Assembly (NCBI GenBank): GCA_951406725.2
Contig: OX597841.1
Coordinates: forward strand, 22,382,001 to 22,446,000
Reading direction: 5' to 3'
DNA from: Octopus vulgaris
Taxonomy: Eukaryota
DNA: 64,000 nucleotides
Of this stretch, positions 26,481-40,800 are shown piece by piece; the first letter of the stretch is position 1; each line of letters opens with the position of its first letter. Below the pieces are notes generated by a model. It had not been told where the DNA came from and ran no database searches. It saw only the letters and a list, made by a program, of their open reading frames with translations. The translations under genes were made by a program, and so were the position numbers.

Positions 26481-27231
26481 AACAAAAACAATAAAAAATA
26501 AATTTGGACATACATATTGAAATTAATGTGTTTACATGTTGGGATACGTAAATCCATATATAGTTACTCAGAAGTATTTGTTTGAATATACCTATATATA
26601 TATATACTCTTTTTTTACTTGTTTCAGTCATTTGACTGTGGCCATGCTGGAGCACCACCTTTAGTCAAGCAAATCGACCCCCAGGACTTATTCTGTCGTT
26701 CTCTTTTGCCGAACCGCTCGGTTTATGGGGAAGAAAACACACCAGCATCAGTTGTCAAGCGATGTTGGAGGGACAAACACATACATACATACATATACAT
26801 ATATACGACCGGCTTCTTTCATTTTCCATCTACCAAATCCACTCACAAGGCTTTGGTCGGCCCGAGGCTATAGTAGAAGACACTTGCCCAAGGTGCCACG
26901 CAGTGAGACTGAACCCAGAACCCTGTGGTTTGTAAGCAAGCTACTTACCACACAGCCACTCGTATGCTATATATACATATATATATATAGTCATAAATAC
27001 ATGTACATACACATAAACAGATATATATATATATATACATATGATATACACTCAGACATACAGTCTTGGGTGTATTATCACAACTTATAAATCATATATA
27101 GACTCTATGCTAAAATTATGTTTTTAATAAATAAATTCTATCAGAAAGGGTAGGTTATGTTTAGACTTGTTCAGTTAATATGTTGGAAGCTGAAGAAAAA
27201 TTTGATTTTATACTGGATATTATCAACTGTG

Positions 27232-27540
27232 TAGAGAACGAATATGACAAAAAAAATTGCGTAAAGGAACCTTGGTGGTGAGTGGGGAAAGGACTTTCGG
27301 AAAATTCACAAGATCCAATTTTTCCGTCGTAACTTTCAGGAAAATGGATATATATTTATTATTTTTTTTACAGAATCCCAAGTTTTTGGTTATGGAGGAT
27401 CCGATTCTGAAAAAAAAAGATTGTTTATCAAAATTTCAATCCCCCTCTCCACCCTTTTGTTTTTTTTCCGGAAATTTTTTTTATTTTTGCGAATTACGTA
27501 GAAAAATACAAAGATTACTATTCTGAAAAAAAAATTGTCT
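27232..27540. mobile_element. Unclassified interspersed repeat fragment (probable DNA transposon end)
   Basis: Homologous inverted segments at ~29810-30035 and ~62400-62810 (GGAGGATCCGATTC, ACAAGATCC motifs). Confidence 0.45.
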
Positions 27541-27668
27541 GTAAAATTGGCTGTGGTAAATAGCTTGCTTACCAACCACATGGTTCTGAGTTCCGTCCCA
27601 CTGCGTGGCACATTGGGCCGACAATTGCGTTTGGTAGACGGAAACTGAAACAAACTCATATATATATA

Positions 27669-27711
<43 letters not shown>

Positions 27712-27736
27712 ATGTGTGTGTGTGTGTATATATATA

Positions 27737-29310
27737 TCTCTTATTATAAAAGGCAGATTTTATCTGCCTCCCTTTGTATCTTATAGAAATCTACAATATA
27801 GGATTTCTTCAATTACAATTTACCTAGCATTTTTAAGAGTAGAATGCATCGGGTCGTGACAGGTCCACTTTTTAAAATTTCAACCCCAATTAAGCAAAAT
27901 TTAGAGAAAACTCACATTGTGGTGTATGAGTCAAATGCTTCTCTTAGTGTGGGTTACAGCACACACACAGTGTGCAACGAATAAAGTGAAACTAATTCAC
28001 TTTCTGTAGTGAGTGACTATTTCACTCTACGTTCCCACTTCCACTTTACACACATAGACACGCAAATATATAAATAAAATTGTAAGCTAACGTGTGTGTG
28101 TGTGCGTGAGTGTGTGACAGGAAAGTTTTTTACGACGAATATAAGACCTATATCCAAGTAGCAGAAAGATCGCCCAAAAGTGTATATAGATATTTAAATG
28201 TATTTATATATTCATCTATACACAGATGTATGTATAATGTGTGTGTATATATTTCCATAGAGGTAACCTTTCACTCCATACAAATTTTTTTTAAGACGAA
28301 TATAAGATCTAAAGTTATCTCTAAGAAAAAGAAAGATCGCCCAAAAGTGTATATAGATATTTAAATGTATTTATATATTCATCTATACACACATGTATGT
28401 ATAATGTGCGTGTATATATTTCCATAGAGGTAACCATTCAATCCATACAAAGTTTTTTAGGACGAAAATATTTATATATAAAAGAAAGGTTGTGTGTCTG
28501 TCTACTCCGATTTAGATTCCTAACTACTCCCACATTTTGCAATGCAGTTTAACCAAAACCGGGTATCTTATAGTCGTGATTCATATCGAGCCCTTCTGGG
28601 TATTAGCGCGCGTCTACGATGAGTCTATGATTTTACAAATAATTTACCATCATTTTTTTCCATTTTAATGCATATTTTTTTAAATAAAGGGAAGTTACTC
28701 TCAAACTTCACACCAATATGCGTGCTCATATGCGACGTAATATCACATCAGCAGCATTTCCTCACACCCTCCTTGCACTTGGCGAAGGCAAAATACCAGG
28801 GGATGAAAATGGTAATATTGCCATCGATTCCATTTGTACCATTGTTAAGACGCCTTCTGATCTCAGAGATGCAGTGTTCCAAGATCTACAAGCTAATTAT
28901 CAGAATATGGATTGGATTGGCCAAAAGGCTATACTGGCCCCGAGGAATAAAACTGTTCACCATATTAATGATGAAATGCTAAAACTCATTCCTGGGGAAG
29001 TCTATGTATATCAGTCTATCGATACAACTCCTGACCCAGAGGACGTCATCAACTATCCAATAGAGGTACTCAATTCCTTTGAGCACCCCGGACTACCACC
29101 ACACTTTCTCAAACTTAAAGTTGGTGCCCCTATACTGCTCATCAGAAATTTGGTTCCCCCAAAACAATGCAATGGCACACGTTTGGCGTTAAGTCCTTAT
29201 CTCCCACCGTAAACTTATATCAATATTTGCCTGAATAATCATCATAATTCAGTGCAATCATTAACAGTACTTTCAAGCAATTCAGCCCCGAGCAACGCCG
29301 GGTAGTTCTA
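27737..29310 (+). mobile_element. Helitron derivative
   Basis: 5' TC start, internal helicase fragment, 3' hairpin CCCGAGCAACGCCGGG followed by a degenerate CTAG; segment 28470-28700 matches the Helitron at 54992-55465. Confidence 0.75.
28718..29212 (+). pseudogene. Helitron PIF1-like helicase C-terminal fragment
   Basis: Motifs AILAPRN, YPIEVLNS, GLPPHFLKLKVGAPILLIRNL, CNGTRL. Confidence 0.9.
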
Positions 29311-29508
29311 TGTATGTGTGTGTGTTTCTGTGTTTGTCCCCCTCCCCCGCCGATGCTGGCATGTTTACGTCCCCATAACTTAGCGGATTAGCTAAAGAGG
29401 CCGATAGAACAAGTACTAGACTCACAAAGAATAAGTCCAGGGGTCGATTTGCTTGACTAAAAGCAGTGCTCCAGCATGGCCGCAGTCAAATGACTGAAAC
29501 AAATAAAA

Positions 29509-29553
<45 letters not shown>

Positions 29554-30082
29554 CTCCCCTCCCAATTCTACGGCCTTGGCCTTCAAGCAACCCACCCACA
29601 TGCTAGAAATAACAGCCAAATCTGACAAATAATATAACGAAAGAAATGTTATTATCAATCTACTCACCTTTCTGCAAGGATTTCTCTCAGAGTAATTTCC
29701 CGCAGAAATATGGGGTTTTTTTCGATTTTTTTTGTTTCAATCTACGTGGGGAAAATACGAAGATTAAGGGGGGAAAATAAACACAGATTCAAATTTTAAT
29801 TAAAACTTTTTTAAATGAGAAATTCCGACCCAAACCCCGCTGAAAAATTACGAGGTGGGGGGGGGATCGAAATCTTGAAAAGGCGATTTTTGAATTCTTT
29901 TTTTTTTTTTTTTTTTCTGAATCGGATCCTCCGTAACCAAAAACTTGGGATTCCGTAAAAAGAATAATAAATATATATCAATTTGTCCCGAAAATTATGA
30001 CGGAAAAATTGGATCTTGTGAATTTTCCGAACCCCCCCCCCCATGCTGGCCTTGTGCCAAAATGTGAAATCAATATATTATA

Positions 30083-30250
30083 CGCATGCGCACTAAACGT
30101 TCTTCCGCCTCCATTTATTACGTCTTGACAAAAGTGTCTGATTCCAGAATTTCCATTAATTCACTCCGAAACGCATTTATAATAGATTTCTTTACCACCT
30201 GACATAGCAACAACAACAACACCATCCTTTGTAAAGACATTTCCGTAAGT
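30083..30250 (+). promoter_or_regulatory. Putative promoter/exon 1/donor of ZNF gene 4
   Basis: CGCATGCGCA at 30083, CTTCCG, GTAAGT at 30245. Confidence 0.65.
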
Positions 30251-31057
30251 ATTAAACAACGAAAACATTTAACCTTTCGATACTTTGTGAATCAGATTTT
30301 GTTCCACATTTGGCTGCTATTTCTAGCTATGGCGGCAACCTCCTACACGCCCCATCGTTTCTTCTTTAAGTTTGTTGTGTGTTTTAGTTGGAGAAATGTT
30401 CTTAAAATAAACTCCGACCACAGAAATATTGAGAAACCAATGCTTTATTATAATTTATCACTTGATATAGGGAAGGGGAAGAAATTAGTAAGCGGGGCAA
30501 AATGAGTAATTTCTCATTTATTTCACACTTTCCATCGTTTCCACGTTTTTTGTTGTGTGTTTAGATGGGGAAATATTCCCAAATAAACTCCGACCACAGA
30601 AATGTTGAGAAACCAATGCTTTATTATAATTCACCAAATATTTGTTGCTTGATAAAAGGAAGGGGTCGAAAGTTGTAAGCGGGGCAAAATGAGTAATTTC
30701 TCATTTTCTTCCAACCTGTTTGACATTATTCTATTTTAAGCATCGCCTCGTCATTTTCTATTTATGAATAAATATTTATGGCCATCATAGTTGTTATTCC
30801 TGAAATTGAGTCCGTAAGAGTGAGGTGGCCAGTCACCGTTTTATATTCAACAAATTTCTCCTCAGCTTCCAAAACCGATTATTTAAGGTCGACCGGTCGT
30901 CAAACAGAACAAGAAACACGCACTTGACAAGGCGACCCCTCGTCATGGAAACCAGCGAACAAGTTTCTTTATAAGTCTCAACTCAGAACGAAAAATCGCC
31001 CTCAACCTCCTTATATATCGCAAGTGCATATTTTTTCTATGGAAAACGCAGGGGTGG

Positions 31058-31204
31058 GTGGTCCCGGTGCGCGCACTCGCTCTAGCTAATCACGACTAGT
31101 CGATCCTTACTTTGTGTTTTGGTATTTTATTTACTTTGCTAGGTAGTCGTTGTAGGATTGACTAGTCACGACTAGCTAGCGCGAGTGCGCGCACCGGGAC
31201 CACT
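31058..31204. mobile_element. Short MITE family A palindrome (outer TIR ends lost)
   Basis: GTGGTCCCGGTGCGCGCACTCGC...GCGAGTGCGCGCACCGGGACCAC. Confidence 0.7.
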
Positions 31205-31314
31205 CTTCTTAAGATGGGGTGGGGTGCTTCCTCGATTTCACCAGAAATTTTTTTCAACTTTTTTTGTATGTTATCATCTTAGTTGTTTTCCTTTCCTGTA
31301 GCAGAGATAAATGA

Positions 31315-31560
31315 TTACCTGGCCAGGTACAGGTGTAGATAGTTTGAACGAATACCTGGCCTTTTCACCCATTCTTTTAAATCCTGCCAAAAGCGTTCGA
31401 TGTTTTGTGAGTGCATTTTTGGTGTCAACAAAATTTTCTTTGTGGTTTATCCTGTAATGTTGATAACCCAATGTTTGTATATCTTTTGTAAGACACCCAG
31501 GAATCTCTGTAGGTAACCGAACCAGGTTTGATGTATTTTTGAATTTGTGGAAGCAGTGAG
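31315..31560 (-). pseudogene. Decayed Merlin/ISXO2-type transposase fragment
   Basis: Manual translation across two frameshifts: SLLPQIQKYIKPGSVTYRDSWVSY / DIQTLGYQHYRINHKENFVD / HSQNIERFWQDLKEWVKRPGIRSNYLHLYLAR*. Confidence 0.8.
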
Positions 31561-33152
31561 TTTTTCTATTTATTCGATATTCATTAATTTCACATCATTT
31601 GCAATTTTTCTCTGATTCTCTTTCATTTGAATTCGATACTTAAATAGCTTTTTGCATTTCTGATCTTTAAGATGTCGAAGGATAGATATTGATGTGTTTG
31701 AGTCTTTGTTTTCAAATGTAATTCTGGATAATTTGAAGAGACAATTTCACCTTTTCTTGCCTCTGCCAAATTTCTCTTTCTACACACTCAAAGAGAACAA
31801 TGATAATTTCCTGAAATACTGATTCTGTTATAATGTTTTCAATGCATTCAGGGAAGGCCATTTGCTTAGCTGATAAACTTTTTGTAATCATTCGTGAAAT
31901 CTCCTCATGGGGCAAAATGAGTAATGACTATTTCCAATAATTTATCCCCACCCCCCGACTACAGATCTAGTTTCACCCCACCTCTGAGTTTGGAAGCTCC
32001 ACTTGCATTCAGTGAGTGCACAAAGATCCAGGACCCTGTCAGTAGTTGACCCCTTTGGCTTGAACCCTAACTGCTGGGAAGCAAGCAGATGATTTCATGC
32101 CCTGTCCAGGGTCATCATGGCAAATACCTAGGCGGGAACTGAAAGGAGTTATAATAGCAGCCCTGCAGTTGTGGTGGTCCCCTTTTCTTGTCAGGTGGTA
32201 TGATACCAAAGGGTTTTTCTAACTCGGATCAACTGAACAGCCTGCTCTTGAAATTAATGTGCAAGTGGCTGAGCACTCTAAAGACACCCATAACGAAGCT
32301 CTGAGTTATTGTGATACCCTGGGATAAGGCTGGTCCTTCCAGTTGCAGGTACAATCCCCTTTTGTCATCAGACTATACAGAGACAAAAAAAAAAGTTTAA
32401 ACTTCTTACCACGTGGACATGAAGATTTCTTCATGTCCACATGGTAAGAAGCCAATTAATACATCTCTCCATATAGTAGAATTGGTTCGACTGTGGCTTT
32501 GAAGATTTCAAGTTTGAAGTCTCTACTTAGATTTGATGACCAGATCTTATGCATGTCATTTCAGGTAGAAGAAATAACTGAAGGACCAAATACAGCCTTA
32601 GTGCCGCCTAGGGATTCTAGGGGAGCTGGCTGGCGAGTTCGGCCTGAAGCTGAATGTGGTCTTTGTGCCTTCAGAGACAAAAAGGCAGATGCTCTAACCA
32701 GGGTAAAAAGGGCCTGGTTAGGGGAGCCAGAAGAATCAAAGCAATAGGTAGCCGCAGTGTGTCAGATATCAACATTTGAGGCCTAACGTATAAACACGGT
32801 AAGGGACCATAGGATGAAACCAAAATCCCTGAAAGACCCGGATAAACCTAGCCAACAGACGAAAAGATCCAATTGGACCGTTTCCTCATATCCGTGTTTT
32901 GTATAGTCTGACAAGCTGTCCACGAAGCTGGTGCTTTGATGTAGATGAAGCCTTTGGTAATTCTGGGACCAGAATTAAAATTTTTCTTTTAATAATTACT
33001 GCTCCATTCCTTAGAGTGTGCTTTTGTGATCTATGTTTTATTGACTATATGTGTGTGTGTGTGAATGTGTAACTGGAGTTGAGAAATATGTCAGCTTCAC
33101 TCTGGATTTTCTGATGTAAATTTTAATAAATTTAAAGTTCTGTTGTTTTCTA

Positions 33153-33419
33153 GGGAAATGTTGAATCTGTATTTTCTAAGTAGCCTCTCTATCTTACACT
33201 GTTGTTTCTTTATTCTTTCAGAATATCAGATGACATTGGCATAACTGAAGATACATTCTCATTATTTATCAGCTTTTAAAGACCAAAATGAAAATATTGT
33301 ACAGAACAGATATATAAGATTGTTTCTATAAATCTGTGGTGGAATTCCTCTGATATATTTACTCTGAAAATGTTATTAGCAAATCTTCTGGACATCACTG
33401 GCTGGAGTGTCTACAAGAT
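33153..33419 (+). promoter_or_regulatory. Conserved acceptor/5'UTR block of ZNF gene 4
   Basis: AG at 33220-33221; both uORFs intact. Confidence 0.75.
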
Positions 33420-33579
33420 AAGTCTGTGTAAGAATTAAACTTGGATAAATTTACTAAAGAGTTTTGGGACAAAGGTAACACTGGACAGAAATACAGCAGT
33501 CGAAATACTTGCAAACAAAAGACTATAGAAGCAAAAAGAATAAAAAAATTATATATACATTGTGAATTTCAAAGAAACA

Positions 33580-35172
33580 ATGGAAAAAAGTGAAAAACTA
33601 GAGGAGATAGTTTTTCCTGAAGATGCAGAAAAAGGAGGGAGAAACTTATCACATGACTGTGATGTCTGTAAAAAGTCATTCTCTCATAAGGGTTACTTGA
33701 ATGTGCACAAACGTATTCATACAAAAGAGAAGCCATTTCGCTGTGAAATCTGTGGTAAATCATTCTCTCAAAGTAGTGCTTTAACTTCTCATAAACGTAT
33801 TCATACAGGAGAGAAGCCATATCAGTGTAACATCTGTGGTAAATCATTCTCTTGGCTTGGTATTTTTACTAATCATAAACATTCCCATACAGGAGAAACA
33901 CCATATTCTTGTGATATCTGTGGTAAATCATTCTCTCAAAAACATAATTTGACTTTACACCAACGTATTCATACAGGCGAAAAGCCATTTCACTGTGAAA
34001 TCTGTGGTAAATCGTTCTCTCGAAAAATTGAGTTGATTTCACACCGACGTATTCATACAGGGGAGAAGCCATATCAGTGCAACATCTGTAACAAATCTTT
34101 CTGTCACTTGAGTAGCCTGACTATTCACAAGCGTGTTCATACAGGAGAGAAGCCATATCAATGTAACATCTGTAGTAAATCATTCTCTAACCAAAGTGAT
34201 TTAAAATCTCACAAACGTTCCCATACAGGGGAGAAGCCATATCAGTGCAACATCTGTAACAAATCTTTCTGTCACGTGAGTACTCTAAGTACTCACAAGC
34301 GTGTTCATACAGGAGAGAAGCCATATCAATGTAACATCTGTAGTATATCATTCTCTCAGAGTAATAGCCTAATTACTCATAGACGTATTCATACAGGGGA
34401 GAAGCCATTTCAATGTCTCATCTGTGGTAAATCATTCTCTGCCCGAAGTACTTTCATTTCTCACAAGCGTGTTCATACAGGAGAGAAGCTATATCAGTGT
34501 AACATCTGTAGTAAATCATTCTCTAACCAAAGTGATTTAAAATCTCACAAACGTTCCCATACAGGGGAGAAGCCATATCAGTGCAACATCTGTAACAAAT
34601 CTTTCTGTCACTTGAGTACTCTAAGTACTCACAAGCGTGTTCATACAGGAGAGAAGCCATATCAATGTAACATCTGTAGTATATCATTCTCTCAGAGTAG
34701 TAGCCTAATTACTCATAAACGTATTCATACAGGGGAGAAGCCATTTCAATGTCTCATCTGTGGTAAATCATTCTCTGCCCAAAGTACTTTCATTTCTCAC
34801 AAGCGTGTTCATACAGGAGAGAAGCCATATCAGTGTAACATCTGTAGTAAATCATTCTCTAACCAAAGTGATTTAAAATCTCACAAACGTTCCCATACAG
34901 GAGAGAAGCCATATCCGTGTCATGTCTGTGGTAAATCATTCTCTTCAGCCAGAAACTTGACTACACACGCACTTGTTCATACAGGGAAAAAGCGATTTCA
35001 CTGTGACATCTGTGGTAAATCATTCTCTATACAATATAACTTCACTAACCACAAACATATTCGTACAGGAGAGAAACCATACCATTGTGATATCTGTAGT
35101 AAATCATTCTCCCGCAATAGCAGCTTAGCTTCTCACAGACGTTTCCATACAGGAAAGAAGCCATATCGCTGA
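33580..35172 (+). CDS. C2H2 zinc-finger protein (gene 4), 18 fingers
   Basis: ATG of the MEKSEK leader at 33580; internal 4-finger repeat; stop TGA at a Cys position. Confidence 0.93.
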   Translation: MEKSEKLEEIVFPEDAEKGGRNLSHDCDVCKKSFSHKGYLNVHKRIHTKEKPFRCEICGKSFSQSSALTSHKRIHTGEKPYQCNICGKSFSWLGIFTNHKHSHTGETPYSCDICGKSFSQKHNLTLHQRIHTGEKPFHCEICGKSFSRKIELISHRRIHTGEKPYQCNICNKSFCHLSSLTIHKRVHTGEKPYQCNICSKSFSNQSDLKSHKRSHTGEKPYQCNICNKSFCHVSTLSTHKRVHTGEKPYQCNICSISFSQSNSLITHRRIHTGEKPFQCLICGKSFSARSTFISHKRVHTGEKLYQCNICSKSFSNQSDLKSHKRSHTGEKPYQCNICNKSFCHLSTLSTHKRVHTGEKPYQCNICSISFSQSSSLITHKRIHTGEKPFQCLICGKSFSAQSTFISHKRVHTGEKPYQCNICSKSFSNQSDLKSHKRSHTGEKPYPCHVCGKSFSSARNLTTHALVHTGKKRFHCDICGKSFSIQYNFTNHKHIRTGEKPYHCDICSKSFSRNSSLASHRRFHTGKKPYR

Positions 35173-35265
<93 letters not shown>

Positions 35266-36466
35266 TAGGTCATTCACTCAACATGGCAGATAACCTCACA
35301 AATGTGTTCATACGGGGTCGAAGCGATCCCACTGATATTTGTAGTAAACCCTTCCCTGTAAGGGGTGACTGACCCCTTTACCATGCAGATTATTCTGTCA
35401 AATCTGATTTTATTCAAATTATTTTCAGTTTGTCTCCCATTATTTCACAGCTTTCAAATTTTGATGACGTGATTGTTTATTTTCAGAATGACATTGTAGG
35501 GTAGGTGCAAGAGGCTGAATCTGACTGGTTTGATCATAAAATAGGTAGAATATTTGGGTTGGATATGGCCGCTTTAAATTCTCAAGGGTTAACCCTACAA
35601 GTATCAACATTACTTACTTCCTACAAGGACCATAGCGGTCATTTATGACTGCCATTGAAGATCATTGTCCAATACAGTTTATTTTGAATATCAGCAAATG
35701 CAGTGAATAAAGGATTTGAAAATACATTCTTTTAGCATTTATTAACATATAAAAAATATTTATCCATACACATGAAATGATGCACATGATTGAAAGGCAA
35801 AGTTGACCTCGGTGAAATTTGAACTCAGAATGTAACGACAAACGAAATACGGCTACACATTTCGCCCGGCGTGCTAACGTTTCTGCCAGCTTGCTACCTT
35901 GGTGATAAATGACCCCTCGGTATTTGTAGTGTTCACTAACTGTGTATCTATTCATATAGATGTATGACTACCAATGTGACGATTCATAAGAACAAGCATT
36001 TTGAGCTCCTCCTAAATTGGTGATGGTGCTGTGGGCTTTCTCCATGGCAATAAACAATACATCAGAGAATTGGAGTAGTTCTATGGAAAAAAAGGGACAC
36101 TCTCTCTAAATGTAAATGTATTCACACAGGAGAGGAGGTAGGACAGTGTGTGATAACAACCTCCCAACTGTATAGTTTATGTCACCACATCTCAGGTAAC
36201 TTACCTGTGGGATATGCTTTTTAAAAACATGAGCTCCTCCTAAAATGGTAGTGTTGTGGGCTTTCTCCATAAAAATATATATCTATGCACATATACTTGA
36301 TATGATGCTCATGATTGCACATTCAATACAGTTGTAGAAATTAAAAAGTAATAAGCAGAATTGGTGAAAAATGACCGCTCGGTACTTCTGGTGTTAACTA
36401 AATGTGTATCTATTCATATAGATGTATGACTATCAATGTGACAATTTATAAGAACAATAAGCATTT

Positions 36467-37720
36467 TCTCCCAACTGTGATATAACTCCCACTGTTCCAG
36501 ATAGAGTTCGTTAAAACTTGCCAAACCTGTTACTTCACAATATGTAAGACATTTGCAATGTATTTTTATAAAGGGTTGTAATAAATAAATCGCATTGAAT
36601 TTACGTGGTTCTTCTTGTCATTCTTTTGTATTCGGTAACTCCAGGCAGACAGACTAGACCAGTGAATGCATAACAACACACAGGTACATCAAGATGAACC
36701 AGCCACAGTTAACTCGCAAGCAAAACTCATAACCAACACTCATTATATATATATGCGGCCGTGGCACGTAAAATACTCCAATGCGACCGTACGACAGGCA
36801 CCCATGCCAACCCCCTTTGCTTGTGAAGACATGTTGGGGCAAGCGAAATCGAAATCGAATTGAACCAGCCAGGATCCCTGGTCTGGTGGTACGTAAAAAG
36901 CACTATCCGACTCGTGGCCGATGCCAGCGCCGCCTCGACTGGCTTCCGTGCCGGTGGCACATAAAATACACCAATCTGACCGTGGCCGTTGCCAGCCTCG
37001 CCTGGCACCTGTGCAGGTGGCACGTAAAAAGCACCCACTACACTCACGGAGTGGTTGGCGTTAGGAAGGGCATCCAGCTGTAGAAACATTGCCAGATTAG
37101 ACTGGAGCCTGGTGCAGCATTCTGGCTTCCCAGAACCCTGGTCGAACCGTCCAACCCATGCTAGCATGGAGAACGGACGTTAAACGATGATGATGATGAT
37201 GATGATGATGATACGTATCTATATACGTCTTTGTGTTTGTCTCTCAGTATTGCTTGACAACTGGTGGTGGTCTGTTTGCGGTCTCATGTGTCATGCAAAT
37301 GACACCCCAGCCAGTGACACGTACAGCCACCCGTTACACTCGGAGTGGTTGGTGTTATAAAGGGCAACCAACTGTTGAGAACATGCCAGAGGAGATCACA
37401 ACCAAAGCTGTCCAACACACAGAACTGAGCCATGAAGATGCTACAGAATTTCAACTGTGATACAACTCCCACCGTTCCAGATAGAGTTCGTTAAAACTTG
37501 CCAAACCTGTTACTTTACAATATGTAAGACATTTGCCATGTATTTTTATAAGGGGTTGTAATAAATAATAGTTGCATTGAATTTACCTGGTTCTTATTGA
37601 CATTCTTTTATATAAAGGGAATTCCAGGAACACAGAATAGACCAGTGAATGCATAACCAACACACAGCTACGTCAAGACAAGCCACTGTTAAGTGAGGCA
37701 CGAATCATAAACAATACTAT
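36467..37720 (+). repeat. ~260-bp direct repeat pair (36467-36725 and 37453-37715) separated by SINE D and other sequence
   Basis: Shared CAACTGTGA...GTTCCAGATAGAGTTCGTTAAAACTTGCCAAACCTG...AGACCAGTGAATGCATAAC. Confidence 0.75.
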
Positions 37721-37804
37721 ATATACATACATACATGAATATATGTATATGTGTGTATGTCCTTGTGTCTGTGTTTATCCCCAGGTATTATTTGACAAAT
37801 GTTG

Positions 37805-40800
37805 TGAGAAGAGTAAACCATTGTTCCCAACAAGTCAGAAGAGTAAAACGTTCGCTGCAAAAAAGTAAAATCAATTGTTCCCTACTAGTAAGAAGAGCAA
37901 ATTGTTGTTCCCTGCGAGTGAGAGGCGTAAATCGTTGTTCCCTGCAAGTGAGAGGAGCAAATCGTTGTTCCCTGCGAGTGAGAGGAGCAAATGAGAGGAG
38001 CAAATCGTTGTTCCCTGCAAGTGAGAGGAGCAAATCGTCCTTCCCTGCAAGTGAGAGGAGCAAATCGTTGTTCCCTGCAAGTGAGTGAGGAGCAAATCGT
38101 TGTTCCCTGCAAGTGAGAGGAGCAAATCGTTGTTCCCTGCGAGTGAGAGGAGCAAATCGTTGTTCCCTGCAAGTGAGAGGAGCAAATCGTTGTTCCCTGC
38201 AAGTGAGAGGAGCAAATCGTTGTTCCCTGCAAGTGAGAGGAGCAAATCGTTGTTCCCTGCAGAGTGAGAGGAGCAAATCGTTGTTCCCTGCGAGTGAGAG
38301 GAGCAAATCGTCCTTCCCTGCAAGTGAGAGGAGCAAATCGTTGTTCCCTGCAAGTGAGAGGAGCAAATCGTTGTTCCCTGCAAGTGAGAGGAGCAAATCG
38401 TTGTTCCCTGCAAGTGAGAGGAGCAAATCGTCCTTCCCTGCAAGTGAGAGGAGCAAATCGTTGTTCCCTGCAAGTGAGAGGAGCAAATCGTTGTTCCCTG
38501 CGAGTGAGAGGAGCAAATCGTTGTTCCCTGCGAGTGAGAGGAGCAAATCGTTGTTCCCTGCAAGTGAGAGGAGCAAATCGTCCTTCCCTGCAAGTGAGAG
38601 GAGCAAATCGTTGTTCCCTGCAAGTGAGAGGAGCAAATCGTTGTTCCCTGCGAGTGAGAGGAGCAAATCGTTGTTCCCTGCAAGTGAGAGGAGCAAATCG
38701 TTTCCCTGCAGTGAGGGCAAATCGTGTCCAGTGAGAGGAGCAAATCGTTGTTCCCTGCAAGTGAGAGGAGCAAATCGTTGTCCCTGCAAGTGAGAGGAGC
38801 AAATCCTGCAAGTGAGAGGAGCAAATCGTTGTTCCCTGCAGTGAGAGGAGCAAATCGTTGTTCCCTGCAAGTGAGAGGAGCAAATCGTTGTTCCCTGCAA
38901 GTGAGAGGAGCAAATCGTCTTCCCTGCAAGTGAGAGGAGCAAATCGTTGTTCCCTGCAAGTGAGAGGAGCAAATCGTTGTTCCCTGCAAGTGAGAGGAGC
39001 AAATCGTTGTTCCCTGCAAGTGAGAGGAGCAAATCGTTGGTCCCTGCAAGTGAGAGGAGCAAATCGTTGTTCCCTGCAAGTGAGAGGAGCAAATCGTTCT
39101 TCCCTGCAAGTGAGAGGAGCAAATCGTTCTTCCCTGCAAGTGAGAGGAGCAAATCGTTGGTCCCTGCAAGTGAGAGGAGCAAATCGTTGTTCCCTGCGAG
39201 TGAGAGGAGCAAATCGTCCTTCCCTGCAAGTGAGAGGAGCAAATCGTTGTTCCCTGCGAGTGAGAGGAGCAAATCGTTGTTCCCTGCGAGTGAGAGGAGC
39301 AAATCGTTGTTCCCTGCAAGTGAGAGGAGCAAATCGTTGTTCCCTGCAAGTGAGAGGAGCAAATCGTCCTTCCCTGCAAGTGAGAGGAGCAAATCGTTGT
39401 TCCCTGCAAGTGAGAGGAGCAAATCGTTTTCCCTGCAAGTGAGAGGAGCAAATCGTTGTTCCCTGCAGCAAGTGAGAGGAGCAAATCGTTGTTCCCTGCA
39501 AGTGAGAGGAGCAAATCGTTGTTCCCTGCAAGTGAGAGGAGCAAATCGTTGTTCCCTGCAAGTGAGAGGAGCAAATCGTTCCCGTGCCCTGCAAGTGAGA
39601 GGAGCAAATCGTTTCCCTGCAAGTGAGTCGAGAGGAGCAAATCGTTGTCCCTGCGAGTGAGAGGAGCAAATCGTTGTTCCCTGCAGTGAGAGGAGCAAAT
39701 CGTTGTTCCCTGCAGTGAGAGGAGCAAACGTTGTTCCCTGCAGTGAGAGGAGCAAATCGTTTCCTGCAGTGAGAGGAGCAAATCGTTGTTCCCTGCAAGT
39801 GAGAGGAGCAAATCGTTGTTCCCTGCAAGTGAGAGGAGCAAATCGTTGTTCCCTGCGAGTGAGAGGAGCAAATCGTTGTTCCCTGCAAGTGAGAGGAGCA
39901 AATCGTTGTTCCCTGCAAGTGAGAGGAGCAAATCGTTGTTCCCTGCAAGTGAGAGGAGCAAATCGTTGTTCCCTGCAAGTGAGAGGAGCAAATCGTTGTT
40001 CCCTGCAAGTGAGAGGAGCAAATCGTTGGTCCCTGCAAGTGAGAGGAGCAAATCGTTGTTCCCTGCGAGTGAGAGGAGCAAATCGTCCTTCCCTGCAAGT
40101 GAGAGGAGCAAATCGTTGTTCCCTGCAGAGAGGAGCAAATCGTTTCTTCCCCTGCAAGTGAGAGGAGCAAATCGTTGTTCCCTGCAAGTGAGAGGAGCAA
40201 ATCGTCCTTCCCTGCAAGTGAGAGGAGCAAATCGTTGTTCCCTGCAGTGAGAGGAGCAAATCTGTTCCTTCCCTGCAAGTGAGAGGAGCAAATCGTTGTT
40301 CCCTGCAAGTGAGAGGAGCAAATCGTTGTTCCCTGCGAGTGAGAGGAGCAAATCGTTGTTCCCTGCAAAGTCAAATCGTTTTCCCTGCAAGTGAGAGGAG
40401 CAAATCGTTGTTCCCTGCAAGTGAGAGGAAATCGTTTTCCCTGCAAGTGAGAGGAGCAAATCGTCCTGTTCCCTGCAAGTGAGAGGAGCAAATCGTTGTT
40501 CCCTGCAAGTGAGAGGAGCAAATCGTTGTTCCCTGCAGTGAGAGGAGCAAATCGTTGTTCCCTGCAAGTGAGAGGAGCAAATCGTTGTTCCCTGCAAATC
40601 GTTGTTCCCTGCAGTGAGAGGAGCAAATCGTTGTTCCCTGCAAGTGAGAGGAGCAAATCGTTGTTCCCTGCAAGTGAGAGGAGCAAATCGTCCTTCCCTG
40701 CAAGTGAGAGGAGCAAATCGTTGTTCCCTGCAAGTGAGAGGAGCAAATCGTTCTTCCCTGCAAGTGAGAGGAGCAAATCGTCCTTCCCTGCAAGTGAGAG

